In this document: piece after piece, positions 21,799 to 32,116 of the stretch | Numbering within the stretch: the stretch's first letter is position 1 | How the letters are laid out: each line of letters begins with the position of its first letter | DNA from: an uncultured Methanomicrobiales archaeon | Lineage (GTDB): Archaea; Halobacteriota; Methanomicrobia; Methanomicrobiales; Methanospirillaceae | Assembly: GCA_963758915.1 (NCBI GenBank) | Contig: CAVWXH010000003.1 | Coordinates: 1-64,000, forward strand | DNA length: 64,000 bases | Reading direction: 5' to 3' | Notes under the pieces: model-generated | Database searches by the model: none | The model's input: only the letters and a program-made list of their open reading frames with translations | Told to the model about the DNA's origin: nothing | Translations under genes and position numbers: made by a program

Positions 21799-22134
21799 AT
21801 GACAACCAGCAACCCAGCGGACCTTATCGGTAAAACCTTCGAACCTGCCGGACTCATTGCCTACCAGGACGGGGCGGTAGTGAGCCGGACAATCGTATTC
21901 CAGAAAAGCGGTACAATCACCCTGTTCGCATTTGATGCAGGCGAAGGTCTTTCTGAACATACTGCCCCATTTGATGCCGTAGTGCAGGTGCTGGACGGGG
22001 AGGTGGAGATCACCATATCAGGAGAGAGATGCAACCTTGGACGGGGGCAGATGATCATCATGCCTGCCAACCAGCCTCATGCCCTGAAAGCACTGACAAA
22101 ATTTAAAATGATGCTCACCATGATCCACACCTGA
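21799..22134 (+). CDS. Cupin-domain protein
   Basis: GEGLSEHTAPFDA...MPANQPHAL. Confidence 0.88.
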   Translation: MTTSNPADLIGKTFEPAGLIAYQDGAVVSRTIVFQKSGTITLFAFDAGEGLSEHTAPFDAVVQVLDGEVEITISGERCNLGRGQMIIMPANQPHALKALTKFKMMLTMIHT

Positions 22135-22292
22135 CATGTTCCGGAGGGACTGCAGGGGATCCTGTTGATAGCAAATCAGTGAAGAATACAAAGCCGGGTG
22201 GAAACCTGGGCCGCCACCCGGGTAACACTTCATAGTATAGTAAAAAACAGGAGAAATCCGGTTATGCTCACGATAATAACAGGATTATTCAG

Positions 22293-22694
22293 TTATCCAT
22301 ACCCTGTGATATCATAATTTATTTCGGTCCTGTTCTTTGCGCAGGATTCACCATGTTCCAGTACTTCCTCGACCATTTTTTTTAGGATTGCCGGGTACAC
22401 CGCCCCGACAAGTTCAGATACCGGTTTACCGCTGCAGAAAAATTTGAAGGTGGGGGTACCCCGGACACCATATTTTTCTGCGGTCCATTGGTTTGTGAGG
22501 ATATTTAACCGTGCAAAAACGATGGTTCCTTTAAATTCCCTCGCATACTCGTGAAAAAATGGCTCCATGGTGTGGCAGTATGAACAGGACGGGGAATAGA
22601 ACATTACGACAACCGGTTTTTCTCCCTTTTCGATCGTCTTCTCCCATGTCTGATCATCGACCTCAACGAGTTCTTCTTGCTGCATCCCATTCAC
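22293..22694 (-). CDS. Thioredoxin-family protein
   Basis: FYSPSCSYC active site and GTPTF cis-Pro loop. Confidence 0.88.
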   Translation of the reverse strand: MNGMQQEELVEVDDQTWEKTIEKGEKPVVVMFYSPSCSYCHTMEPFFHEYAREFKGTIVFARLNILTNQWTAEKYGVRGTPTFKFFCSGKPVSELVGAVYPAILKKMVEEVLEHGESCAKNRTEINYDITGYG

Positions 22695-22962
22695 CAGTAA
22701 TGCTGGATATTGGATCTGAAGGGTTTATAGTTTGCTCAAACAGGCATTCAATCCGGATTGAGTAATTACTGGGTTTTTATTGCTGAATTGAGGGCACAAA
22801 AGGGATAATCCTGCATATCAATAGAATTCGAATCTTTAAATTTGCCCCTTTCTATGGCAGAAACATACTTCAATCTGGCTTATTAAAAAAATCCCCAATT
22901 ACAATTGTTTACACTGATTTGGCTCTTGGATGAGTTGGTTATTAATCTTATCAAAAAAAAAG

Positions 22963-23133
22963 TTAGTACCGGGGTTTCCTGTGTTTAGGAAGGCATTCCT
23001 GACAGTAAACTGGTCTCCCTTCGGTGGGTTTGAAGGGCACTTCACAATCCTTACCACAATCTGAACAGACTGTCTTTGTCATCTCACGAGGGCCGTAATT
23101 CCTTGGGCTCCCATAGCTTCTTCTCTCATTCAT
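22963..23133 (-). CDS. CxxC-x17-CxxC zinc-ribbon protein (56 aa, absent from the ORF track)
   Basis: Manual translation: MNERRSYGSPRNYGPREMTKTVCSDCGKDCEVPFKPTEGRPVYCQECLPKHRKPRY. Confidence 0.9.
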   Translation of the reverse strand: MNERRSYGSPRNYGPREMTKTVCSDCGKDCEVPFKPTEGRPVYCQECLPKHRKPRY

Positions 23134-23371
23134 TTGATTAACTCGTGCAGGTTTATATACTGCATGTAGTAATTAGCGGAACTAGTATAAAAAACAGGGT
23201 ATGTTGGAAGCACGCTGGTGAAAATTTAAAGGAAATTAATCCCGTTTCCTGTTCAAGGGGCAAGATAACATCATAATTAAAACAGCTGAATTCGATCTTA
23301 GAACTTTTCAGGATTGCAGGATTGCAAAGATTTTCCTGAAAATAAGAGGTCCTCCACAACGTTCTACGTTA

Positions 23372-25036
23372 TTACGAGATCTCCTGGATAATCCGCCCGT
23401 TGCGGAAGATTGAGATCTTTCCTCCACTCTGTGAAACGACGATCCCGATTGCATTCGTCACCTGTGTGATCCCTGCAACCGAGGCATGACGGGTCCCGAG
23501 TCCTTTCGGGATTTGCACATTGCTCATTTCTATGGTAATCCGGCGTGCTGCAGCCTCAATCAGGCCGTCCCCGCTGACAACGAATGCACCATCGAGCTGG
23601 GCGAGTTCCTTGATCATCTCCCTGATCTCGCAGTTCGTGATCATCCTGCTCTCTTTTGCATGCCCCTCAAACGGGTTTAAGATCATCTGCTTCGACTTCG
23701 CCATGACATTCGCGGCATCACCAATGATGAACGCGGTCCCAACAGATTTTCCCTCGCGTCCTTCCCGCGCAATCTCCATGCTGATATGAAAAGCCGCTTC
23801 AAATACTTCTTCTGCGACGTCGGTTCCTGCAAGCACTTTATCTTTCCACATTGCCATGCTAATCCGGATACGGTCATGACCCGAGTGGTTGGTGATATCA
23901 TTGCCGACGCAGAGTATTTCGGAGATTTTCCCGGATTCATCCCGAACCGGTTTGTTCGTCCAGGCAATCCATACCGTTTCCCCACCCCTGAGGATATTTT
24001 CATTTATATGGATGTCCCCCTCACTCCCGGACCGGGAGAGGTCACCCATCATGCTAATCACTTCTTTTGCAGAGTGCGAGGTTGGTGAAATAATCGTCCC
24101 GACAATACTTTTTCCGACCACTTCTGCCGCAGACCAGCCGAAAAATGCCTGTGCGGCCTTGTTGAAGAAGGTGATAGTCCCCTCGGCATCTACCTTCAGA
24201 ATAATACTCTGCGAGTCCTGGACAAGTTCGCGGTATTTAATTTCCGCCTGTTTCACCGCTTCGAGGAGCCTCACCCGTTCAGTTGTGTCCTCGGCTATAA
24301 ACGTGTCCCCTTTTGCCGGGTCAGAAGGGTCGACCGGCCTGATCCTCAGGCGGCAGTTGAACGTACTTCCATCCTTTCTGCGCAGTTCTGTATCAGCATT
24401 GCCCCACCCCTGCCCGTCGATCCGGATGGACAGTTCCCTGCAGGCACGGTCGTATTCTTCCCTGCCAGGGAAAATAACTGGCATTTCCTTATCGATAAGT
24501 TCCCCCTCGGTATACCCGAGCAACGTGCATATCGGTGTATTGACCCAGTCGAATTTCCCGTTTCTGACCCGGCTGATCGCCAGTGGTGTCGCAGAAAGTA
24601 ATGCATTCAGCATCTCGTAGCGGGAGTTCTGCTCCCGTTCCAGCCGCTTCCTGAGCACGGCCTGCTTAATGATGTCAAGGAGCTCAGAAAGCGGGGTGCG
24701 GGCAGTGACGACCATCTCTGATGCATAATTGATGTCTTCCAGTACCACCTTATTACCGGGATTTCGGGCGTAGATGATGAACGGCGTGGTATTCCCCTGC
24801 TGTTTTAAGTATTTGAGGAGCTCGACGCCATTCATGTCTCCAAGGAACTCAATCCCATCCACGACAGGCAGGTGATAATACGAAACAATCACATCGTAGG
24901 CCCGGTTTTTCAGGACCTCAAGGGCCTGCTTTGTCGAATTGACACTGTCCACGCGGACCTCCCCCATCCGCTCGAGATAGGACCGGGTTGCATCAATAAG
25001 TTCAGTATTGTCATGCACGAGAAGGACAGTAATCAT
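23372..25036 (-). CDS. Receiver-like/PAS/PAS diadenylate cyclase (DAC/DisA_N domain) fusion
   Basis: N-terminal REC fold, two PAS domains, C-terminal EGREGKSVGT...ELAQLDGAF...GLGTRHAS...VVSQSGG. Confidence 0.85.
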   Translation of the reverse strand: MITVLLVHDNTELIDATRSYLERMGEVRVDSVNSTKQALEVLKNRAYDVIVSYYHLPVVDGIEFLGDMNGVELLKYLKQQGNTTPFIIYARNPGNKVVLEDINYASEMVVTARTPLSELLDIIKQAVLRKRLEREQNSRYEMLNALLSATPLAISRVRNGKFDWVNTPICTLLGYTEGELIDKEMPVIFPGREEYDRACRELSIRIDGQGWGNADTELRRKDGSTFNCRLRIRPVDPSDPAKGDTFIAEDTTERVRLLEAVKQAEIKYRELVQDSQSIILKVDAEGTITFFNKAAQAFFGWSAAEVVGKSIVGTIISPTSHSAKEVISMMGDLSRSGSEGDIHINENILRGGETVWIAWTNKPVRDESGKISEILCVGNDITNHSGHDRIRISMAMWKDKVLAGTDVAEEVFEAAFHISMEIAREGREGKSVGTAFIIGDAANVMAKSKQMILNPFEGHAKESRMITNCEIREMIKELAQLDGAFVVSGDGLIEAAARRITIEMSNVQIPKGLGTRHASVAGITQVTNAIGIVVSQSGGKISIFRNGRIIQEIS

Positions 25037-25128
25037 GGGGCACCCATGGCCGGGACCAGCCGGGAATAGTACAGAATAATAGGGTATGAATGGATTAAAT
25101 AATTAGCGTTACCGGGAAATTTGAAAAA

Positions 25129-26593
25129 TTAATGGGTATATGACCTTCGATCCCTTGGCCCTGAGGACCGTTGCCCACCCCGGTTGTTACTTGCGGGGTG
25201 CGGACTCTTGTATGCCTCCCTTCTCCGGGGAGGACGGTTATTCCGCTCCCGCCTTTCATCATCCCTTGGAATCGGTGCCTGGGACGGGGAATCAATTTTT
25301 GGCCGGGCCTTGTCGGTCATAAACAGGAGCGCCGCAGCAATATCCAGTGAGGTGAACTCCTCGCCCATCATTGCCTGGGCACGCTGGCGGTAATTATCGA
25401 GGTCTTCCTTTTCGATCGCTTCCCTGATTTTTGTGAGTGCCTGCAGGGTCCGCTGCTCTTCAAGGTCCTGGTCACTCGGTATGAAGTCGGGGGTAATTCT
25501 TACGTTTGCATACCGCTGTATGTCACGGAGCTTCCAGACTTCTTTGCCGGAAACGAAGGTAAAGGAGCGTCCTGACCTTCCTGCACGTGCGGTCCTCCCG
25601 ATCCGGTGGACGTAATATTCAGGGTCCTGTGGAACATCGAAATTGAATACCGCTTCGATATCATCGATATCGATACCGCGGGCGGCGACATCAGTCGCGA
25701 TGAGGATGTCCGTCACACCGCTGCGGAACTTTGCCATTACCCGTTCGCGCTGGCTCTGGCTCATATCCCCGTGAAGGCCCTCTGCTGCGTAACCTCTCGA
25801 ATTCAGGCGGCTCGTAATTTCATCGACCCTCCGTTTGGTATTGCTGAACACCAGCGATAACTTGGGGTTATAGCGGTCAAGAAGCCGGCATAACGCCTCT
25901 ATCTTGTCACCCTCCCTCATTTCGTAGTAGAACTGCTCAATCGTTGGCACGGTGAGCTGTGCATGGACTACCTTGACATGTTTCGGTGTCCTCTGGTACT
26001 TCTTTGCCAGTTCCATGATGGGCGGGGCCATGGTTGCCGAGAACAGGACGGTCTGCCTTTTTTCGGGTATTCTCCCAAGAATATCCCCTATATCGTCACG
26101 GAACCCCATATCGAGCATTTCGTCTGCCTCATCAAGGACGACAACCTTAACATTGGAGAGGTCAAGTGACCGGCGGTGAAGGTGGTCGATGATCCGTCCC
26201 GGGTGTACCGATAACGACCTGTACACCTTTTTTCAGCGCGACGAGTTGCCGTTCGATTGGCTGGCCGCCGTAAACCGGGATGATCATGATACCCGGAAGG
26301 TACTTGCCAAGTTTCGCGAGCTCCTCGGAGACCTGGATGGCAAGTTCACGGGTCGGGCACATGACAAGGGCCTGCACCCGGCGGTCGTTCTGGTCAATTT
26401 TCCCCAGCAGCGGCAGGCCATAGGCAGCGGTCTTGCCGGACCCGGTATGGGCCTGGCCGATTACGTCGTGCCCCTCGATGAGCATGGGTATTGCCAGTGC
26501 CTGGATCGGCGTCGGTTCTTCGAACCCGAGGTCAGTGATAGCCTTCTCGAGCTCCTTTGACAGTTCAAGGTCAGGAAATGATATTGTTTTCAT
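25129..26593 (-). CDS. DEAD-box RNA helicase (frameshift near 26200)
   Basis: Q motif, AHTGSGKT, PTRELA, DEAD, SAT and HRIGRTAR motifs. Confidence 0.93.
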
Positions 26594-26769
26594 AGGTGGT
26601 TCACCATAGACCACTCCGGACCATGTAACTTCCAAGGATACGTGAGAATGTATGACCACTCGCAGAAAAATGAAATAATTGGCCCGTTTGATCGATGTTA
26701 CACATAGGTGCTCCCGGGTTAAGAGTGTTGGGGTGGAGGTAATGGTGATGCAAATGAACTTCGGACAGA

Positions 26770-26945
26770 ATCACAGCAATAGGGCAGGCGGGATCACCGA
26801 ATCTTATCCATTATTCATCCTTAATCCCCTGCACTCTTCCTCCTCGTCCCCGGCCTCCTCCTTTTGCCCCTCCATATACATCCAGCCGCCGATTACGAAT
26901 AAACGGGATGGCCTATCGGGATCGTATTACCAGCGGTGAAGCAAA
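26770..26945 (-). repeat. Gene-3'-end repeat, copy 1 (most degenerate)
   Basis: ccggcctcctccttttgcccctccatatacatccagccgccgattacgaata...gcctatcgggatcg. Confidence 0.9.
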
Positions 26946-27081
26946 TGAAACCTGATCATTGATTCAAGGCTATCGCAATTCTGGAGCGCATTAAAAAAGT
27001 AGAGCAGGGGGAGAACTCCGGATTCCTATTTAACAGAAAAGTGGATAGTTATAATAATTATAATTGTTATACCTAATATAT

Positions 27082-27276
27082 ATGTCACAGTCCGGATCAA
27101 CCACAATTGCCATCTCTGTAGAGACAAAGGAAATGATAAGGACACTTGGCGAAAAAGGTGAAACCTATGATGCAATAATTCGACGCATATTCCACAAAGT
27201 CGGAATGAAAGACCTTGATGCACGCTGGAATTCAATTCTCGAAAACGATGAGTTTCTTTCACTGGAAAATCTCTGA
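27082..27276 (+). CDS. Putative antitoxin (RHH-like, archaeal)
   Basis: TTIAISVETKEMIRTLGEKGETYDAIIRR with an acidic C-terminus; stop overlaps the toxin start. Confidence 0.8.
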   Translation: MSQSGSTTIAISVETKEMIRTLGEKGETYDAIIRRIFHKVGMKDLDARWNSILENDEFLSLENL

Positions 27277-27539
27277 TGTTTGAGATTATGGTTTCAAAAA
27301 CCTTTCAGAAACAGTTTCATTCACTTTCCCATGATGATCAGAAACGTATTCGACAAGGACTGCCAGTTCTGGCGGAAGATCCCTTTACCCCGAGATCTGG
27401 TGCAGATATAAAATCTTTACAACAGACATTACCAAAAAAATACCGGTTAAGAATCGGAGAAGTGAGAATTATTTATTCAATACGTGACGAAAAGATACTG
27501 ATTATCGAGGTATTCAGAAGGGGACAGGGATATTCCTGA
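27276..27539 (+). CDS. RelE/ParE-family toxin
   Basis: 87 aa basic protein, YRLRIGEVRIIY...RRGQGY. Confidence 0.88.
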   Translation: MFEIMVSKTFQKQFHSLSHDDQKRIRQGLPVLAEDPFTPRSGADIKSLQQTLPKKYRLRIGEVRIIYSIRDEKILIIEVFRRGQGYS

Positions 27540-27553
27540 TTATAGGGTTTACT

Positions 27554-27739
27554 ATCACAATTACAGTGAACAGGGGTGGGCGGGTGGGATCATACGAGCC
27601 TTACTCTGATTCCTCATCAATCTCCTGCACATCTTCATCCTCGTCCCAGGCCTCCTCTTTTCGCCCCTCCATATACATCCAGCCACCGATGACGAATAGC
27701 ACGGGAAGCCCTATCGGGATCGCTATGAACGGCGGCAAA
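27554..27739 (-). repeat. Gene-3'-end repeat, copy 2 (intact reading frame)
   Basis: Minus strand encodes LPPFIAIPIGLPVLFVIGGWMYMEGRKEEAWDEDEDVQEIDEESE*. Confidence 0.92.
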
Positions 27740-27919
27740 ACGGATGCGGTAATTTTGAATTGGATACATTTTCACCAACCATAATATTATAGAATTGAAA
27801 CAAGGAAAACGATAATTTTTGAGTCCCTTTTACAAAACAAAAAGTGATAGAATCAGGGTTGTCCGCACTTGATCAAATTGTACATATTTTAAATATTTAT
27901 CATGTTTACAATATGTATC

Positions 27920-28114
27920 ATGAATCTTACAAAAAGAATTCCCGTTACCGAATCGGTCTGGAAAGAACTCGCAGAGATGCGCTCCGCGGGGCAGACCTAT
28001 GATGAACTTCTTGCCGAGATGATCGACCTTCGCAAGAAACGCCGGCTCGTAGAAGATATCCGACATTCGATGGGGGAAGATGATTTTGTTCCGCTTTCGG
28101 AGATAATTGAGTGA
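27920..28114 (+). CDS. Putative antitoxin (RHH-like, archaeal)
   Basis: KRIPVTESVWKELAEMRSAGQTYDELLAEMI...DFVPLSEI; overlaps the toxin start. Confidence 0.8.
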   Translation: MNLTKRIPVTESVWKELAEMRSAGQTYDELLAEMIDLRKKRRLVEDIRHSMGEDDFVPLSEIIE

Positions 28115-28401
28115 GTTTCCAGGTCCTCATCAAACGGAAATCGGTTGATGCAATCAATGAGCTGCCTGGAAAGACCCGTCGGATTATCCATGATTCACTC
28201 AAGTCTCTTGAGCAGGACCCGTATCCAGGTGCCGGTGGTGACAAAGAGTTGCTGCATCATGAAGAGGGGATAGAAATTTACAGACTCCACATCGGGAGAA
28301 GTTATACCGCATTCTACACTATCGATAAGCCAGGCCGTGTTGTCCAGGTCCATGATATCATGACAATCGGACAGGCACATAAAAAATATGGCAGGGTTTA
28401 G
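28111..28401 (+). CDS. RelE/ParE-family toxin
   Basis: DPYPGAGGDKE...YRLHIGRSYTAFY...AHKKYG. Confidence 0.85.
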   Translation: MSFQVLIKRKSVDAINELPGKTRRIIHDSLKSLEQDPYPGAGGDKELLHHEEGIEIYRLHIGRSYTAFYTIDKPGRVVQVHDIMTIGQAHKKYGRV

Positions 28402-28550
28402 GAGAGATCCCTAGCCTATAAAAGGCTTTTATCTCCGGACCCCTTTTAATTGTTCCTAATTTCGTCCCTGCAATTACATTGCACACCAACAGTTCAACCA
28501 AACCCAAGACCATAAACCGACTGATATCGGAAACGTGGATAGTGCGATAA

Positions 28551-28735
28551 ATCACAAATACGGTAAACAGGGGTGGGAGGGTGGGAGTCGCAGGAGACTT
28601 ACTCTGATCCCTCACAAATCCCCTGCACCTCTTCATCCTCGTTCCCGGCCTCCTCCTTTCGCCCCTCCATATACATCCAGCCGCCGATTACGAATAGCAC
28701 GGGGAAGCCATTGGGATCGTATGAACGGCGGCAAA
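28551..28735 (-). repeat. Gene-3'-end repeat, copy 3
   Basis: atcacaaatacggtaaacaggggtgggagggtggga...ccatatacatccagccgccgattacgaatagcacgggg...gggatcgtatgaacggcggcaaa. Confidence 0.92.
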
Positions 28736-28766
28736 TGAGTAGTATCTCACGAATATTAAGTGTTAT

Positions 28767-28936
28767 ATCGCAAACACGGTAAACAGGGGTGGGAGGGTGG
28801 GATCACAGAACCTTACTCTGATCCCTCACCAATCTCCTGCACCTCTTCCTCCTCGTCTCCGGCCTCCTCCTTTTGCCCCTCCATATACATCCAGCCGCCG
28901 ATTACGAATAGCACGGGGAGGCCTATCGGGATCGCT
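28767..28936 (-). repeat. Gene-3'-end repeat, copy 4 (the current 3' end and downstream region of the membrane-protein gene)
   Basis: Same sequence as copies 1-3, but continuous with the upstream coding region. Confidence 0.92.
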
Positions 28937-29326
28937 GTGCCGGCAGGGCCGTGGAAAAGTGGACCGTATTTGAACAATTATTGAGAACAGGAATACGAGT
29001 CCTGAACAGAAAATAATAATTCCAGTCATTTTGGAAGAATATAACATATCGGATTTTATTGCGAATGTAGAGACCAGGGCAATAATCATTAAAATTGCCC
29101 CAAACATCCATAACCAGACAGATAATGCCGTCATGCCCGTGTAATACCCATAAATTATATAATTTATATTCTGAAAAATGCTGACATAATTATTGCTTAC
29201 ACTTTCCTGGTACAGGAAAAGGCTCCATTGGATACCAAATCCAAAATTTTTTCCAATAATGTAAAGGTTGAGAGGAATAAAAAATAAAAAAAAACAAAAC
29301 AACTGGCGAATCTGAACAGGCTTCAT
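28813..29326 (-). CDS. Hypothetical multi-pass membrane protein (1-nt frameshift near 28970)
   Basis: Hydrophobic ORF; removing one base gives ...IIVQYGPLFHGPAGTAIPIGLPVLFVIGGWMYMEGQKEEAGDEEEEVQEIGEGSE*. Confidence 0.78.
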
Positions 29327-29428
29327 GTATTTTAAATATTTAAGGAAAGGAGATATTAGTGTATCGATTATGCAAACAGGTCTGTATCAAACCTGAGTAC
29401 TCGTTTGATTAAAAATTAGTTATCCCCC

Positions 29429-30841
29429 ATGAAGCATGCCAGATAAATACCAGATTTGTCTTGATAAGCCTGGTTTTCATCGGAGCTGCGCTTCGGTTCT
29501 ACCACCTGGGTTTTAACTCCCTGTGGCTGGATGAAGCGTATACTTACCATTTTGCCCGGCTCTCCTTAAGCGAGTACTGGCAGATATTCCAAGGTGCTTC
29601 AGATTTTCATCCGCCTTTGTTTTACGACCTTGAAAAGATAGGGCTATTGTTTGGAAACAGCGAAAACAGTTTAAGAATCATTCCTGCCATTTTCGGGATT
29701 GCGGCAATCCCACTATTCTATTTGATCGGGAAAAAATTGTTTTGTCGTCCGGTTGGCATTATCATGGCTGGATTAATCACATTCTCACCCTTGAGCATTG
29801 CATATTCCCAGGAAGCCAGGATGTATACGATGCTTCTTTTTTTTATTTCCTTTGCGTCTTTTAATCTTTTTTGATGTAATTGAATCAAATTCCCAAAAAA
29901 AATGGGTACTGCTCGGGCTCATCTCCGCGATTGCATTGTGGGTACACTTTTATGCTTTTATTTTTGTAATTACTCTTTACTTCACGGCTCTTGTAATAGT
30001 TCATTTGGGACCGGAAGGATATCAGAAATATTGGTGTATTCCTTTATCATTTTTTTTGCTCTTTCATTGCCGGTTCTATCGATTGCACCGGCAATTCTTA
30101 ATGCCCGTGTATCAGGGAATGCCCCCACCTGGGGGGTAATAGGAATTGATTATGTGAGTGATCTGTTGATCACATTTTTTTCGAACTCTCCCGAAAGCCT
30201 TGTTGTCCTGGTTGGATTGTTTACACTTGGGATGGTTAATATCTTACTAATGAAAAGAAGGGTTATTTTTTATACTCGTAATGATACTGTCCCTTAAACG
30301 TTTTAACCGCAATAGTCCTTTCTTTTCGAATCCCGATTGTTGGAAGATATCTCATTTTTTTGCTCCCTCTGCTGTACATCGGAATTGCTTCTGTGTATTT
30401 TTCCTTTGACCGGAAGTGGAACAGGTATGTAATTGTGGGTATTATTCTGGTTTTTTTGATTGTAAATATCCCGCAATATGGTTTTTATTATACAAATACA
30501 ACAAAAGACAACTGGAGAGGGGCAACAGGGGAGTTGCAATCATGGCTGAACAGCAATGATACCATCGTGGTAATCCCGGGATACAATCAGATTACCATTT
30601 GAATACTACTATCGTAATACTTCAGATACCAGGGTACTTTACCTTTCATCCCTCGACGAATTAACTGCAATTCACGATAATTACAGCAATTTTTCAGGGG
30701 ATTCTCATTTTTACGCAGTTATTTCTCCTTTTCGATATTAAGGCAGTTGATCCAGACAATTCAATAATTTCATGGTTGGGAACACACGGGATGATAGAGG
30801 GGAGAATATAAAGGAATCCAGATATGGAATATTTCATCTAA
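29429..30841 (+). CDS. GT-C fold glycosyltransferase (GT39/PMT-like), heavily frameshifted; ends approximate
   Basis: LRFYHLGFNSLWLDEA, HPPLFY, YSQEARMY and KDNWR motifs; AT-rich. Confidence 0.75.
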
Positions 30842-31043
30842 TCTGAAGAGATCGACAATAACACTATGAAATCTATAAATCTCTGACAATGTTATCGATA
30901 GAATACACTGGCATCTTTTTTACGTAATCAGTTCCCAGGTGGTTAATCAATTTTGAATGAAAATGAAAGGAGCAAATATAATCGATCTAACAATTTATTT
31001 ACATTTATTTGATTACCTATTAAAAGAAAAAAAGGTTAATGGA

Positions 31044-31491
31044 TTATACAGTAGTATCGAGAACTACCTGTTCTGTTCCGTCATTGAATTTCGCAACAAC
31101 GATAATGTGTTCTCTCGTACCTGCAGTTTTACCTGGCATTCTCCAGGTTGTACCAACATTCGGCTTTAGTTGCGATTGCAGTGCCAGTAGCCAGAACAGT
31201 TCCACCGGCACCTGTTGTATGGAACACTGTTCCATTGTCCTTGTAGGTAATATTGAGTGAGGCCAGATCAGAATCATCAGGTCCACCATTATAGGTCGTT
31301 GTGAAATTCGACCCTGAAGTCCCGGCAGTGACTGCAATACTTCTTGTTTTACTAACGTTTCCTGCCATTCCGAACACGAATGCTGCAATCACTGCAGCGA
31401 GGATGACGGTAATTGCGACCATCAGGATGACACCGATGACCGGCGACACTGCATCCTCACTTCCCTTTCCAAATGTTGACATCTTCTTCAT
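31044..31491 (-). CDS. Archaeal type IV pilin (DUF1628/Pilin_N), frameshift near 31165
   Basis: Class III signal EDAVSPVIGVILMVAITVILAAVIAAFVFG; C-terminal VVAKFNDGTEQVVLDTTV in the second frame. Confidence 0.9.
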
Positions 31492-32116
31492 CTTACAACA
31501 CCTCGGTTGCTTACGCCTGCATCAACCGATGCAGCAACGTATGATAATGAGGTATTCTTTCTTGGTATAAATAAGTAGTTAACGTTCCATATAGTGTAAT
31601 TATCGGGTATTTTAAAATTCTGAACATTATTAGGGGTTATTTTTGATATGTGTCGCAAAATTGAATTTTTTATTGTAATCCATCATTGTAATGCATTGGG
31701 TGTAATGAATGACATGAATCTGATTCAATACACCCCCCTTTTACTCCGGTATCCCTGGAAGGGTTATCATGATGATAAATTATTGGAACCTGTCGTGCGC
31801 GGAGCGGAGAAATCTAAAGCAGGGGATTCTCCATAGACTTATACCTGTTTTCACCAGGTCATGACCGGAATACCGCATAATATGCCAGTTTTTCACCCGG
31901 AAATGCTTCAAAATCGAATCAATTGGGAGAATATTTGATAAACGGCAATATTTTGCCAGAATTGGATTCGGAGAGAAATGCCACCGGTACCTCGTTGTTT
32001 GCCGGGCTTTTGCATCGCATTTCGGACTGCTTTGTAGTAGTATTAGATAAAAGGTCAGGAATATGGAAAGCAGGGGCCGGAAAACAAGGGGATTTTGTCG
32101 AAAATCAGGGTTTCCA

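Noticed and set aside
26770-28936. CRISPR array or classical integron attC array
   Set aside because: The repeats are ~180 bp and protein-coding, and the spacers range from 30 to 810 bp. I see no cas or intI gene and no evident attC R''/R' hairpin.
26770-29326. Diversity-generating retroelement TR/VR pair
   Set aside because: Differences between copies are not adenine-specific, and no reverse transcriptase is present in the window.
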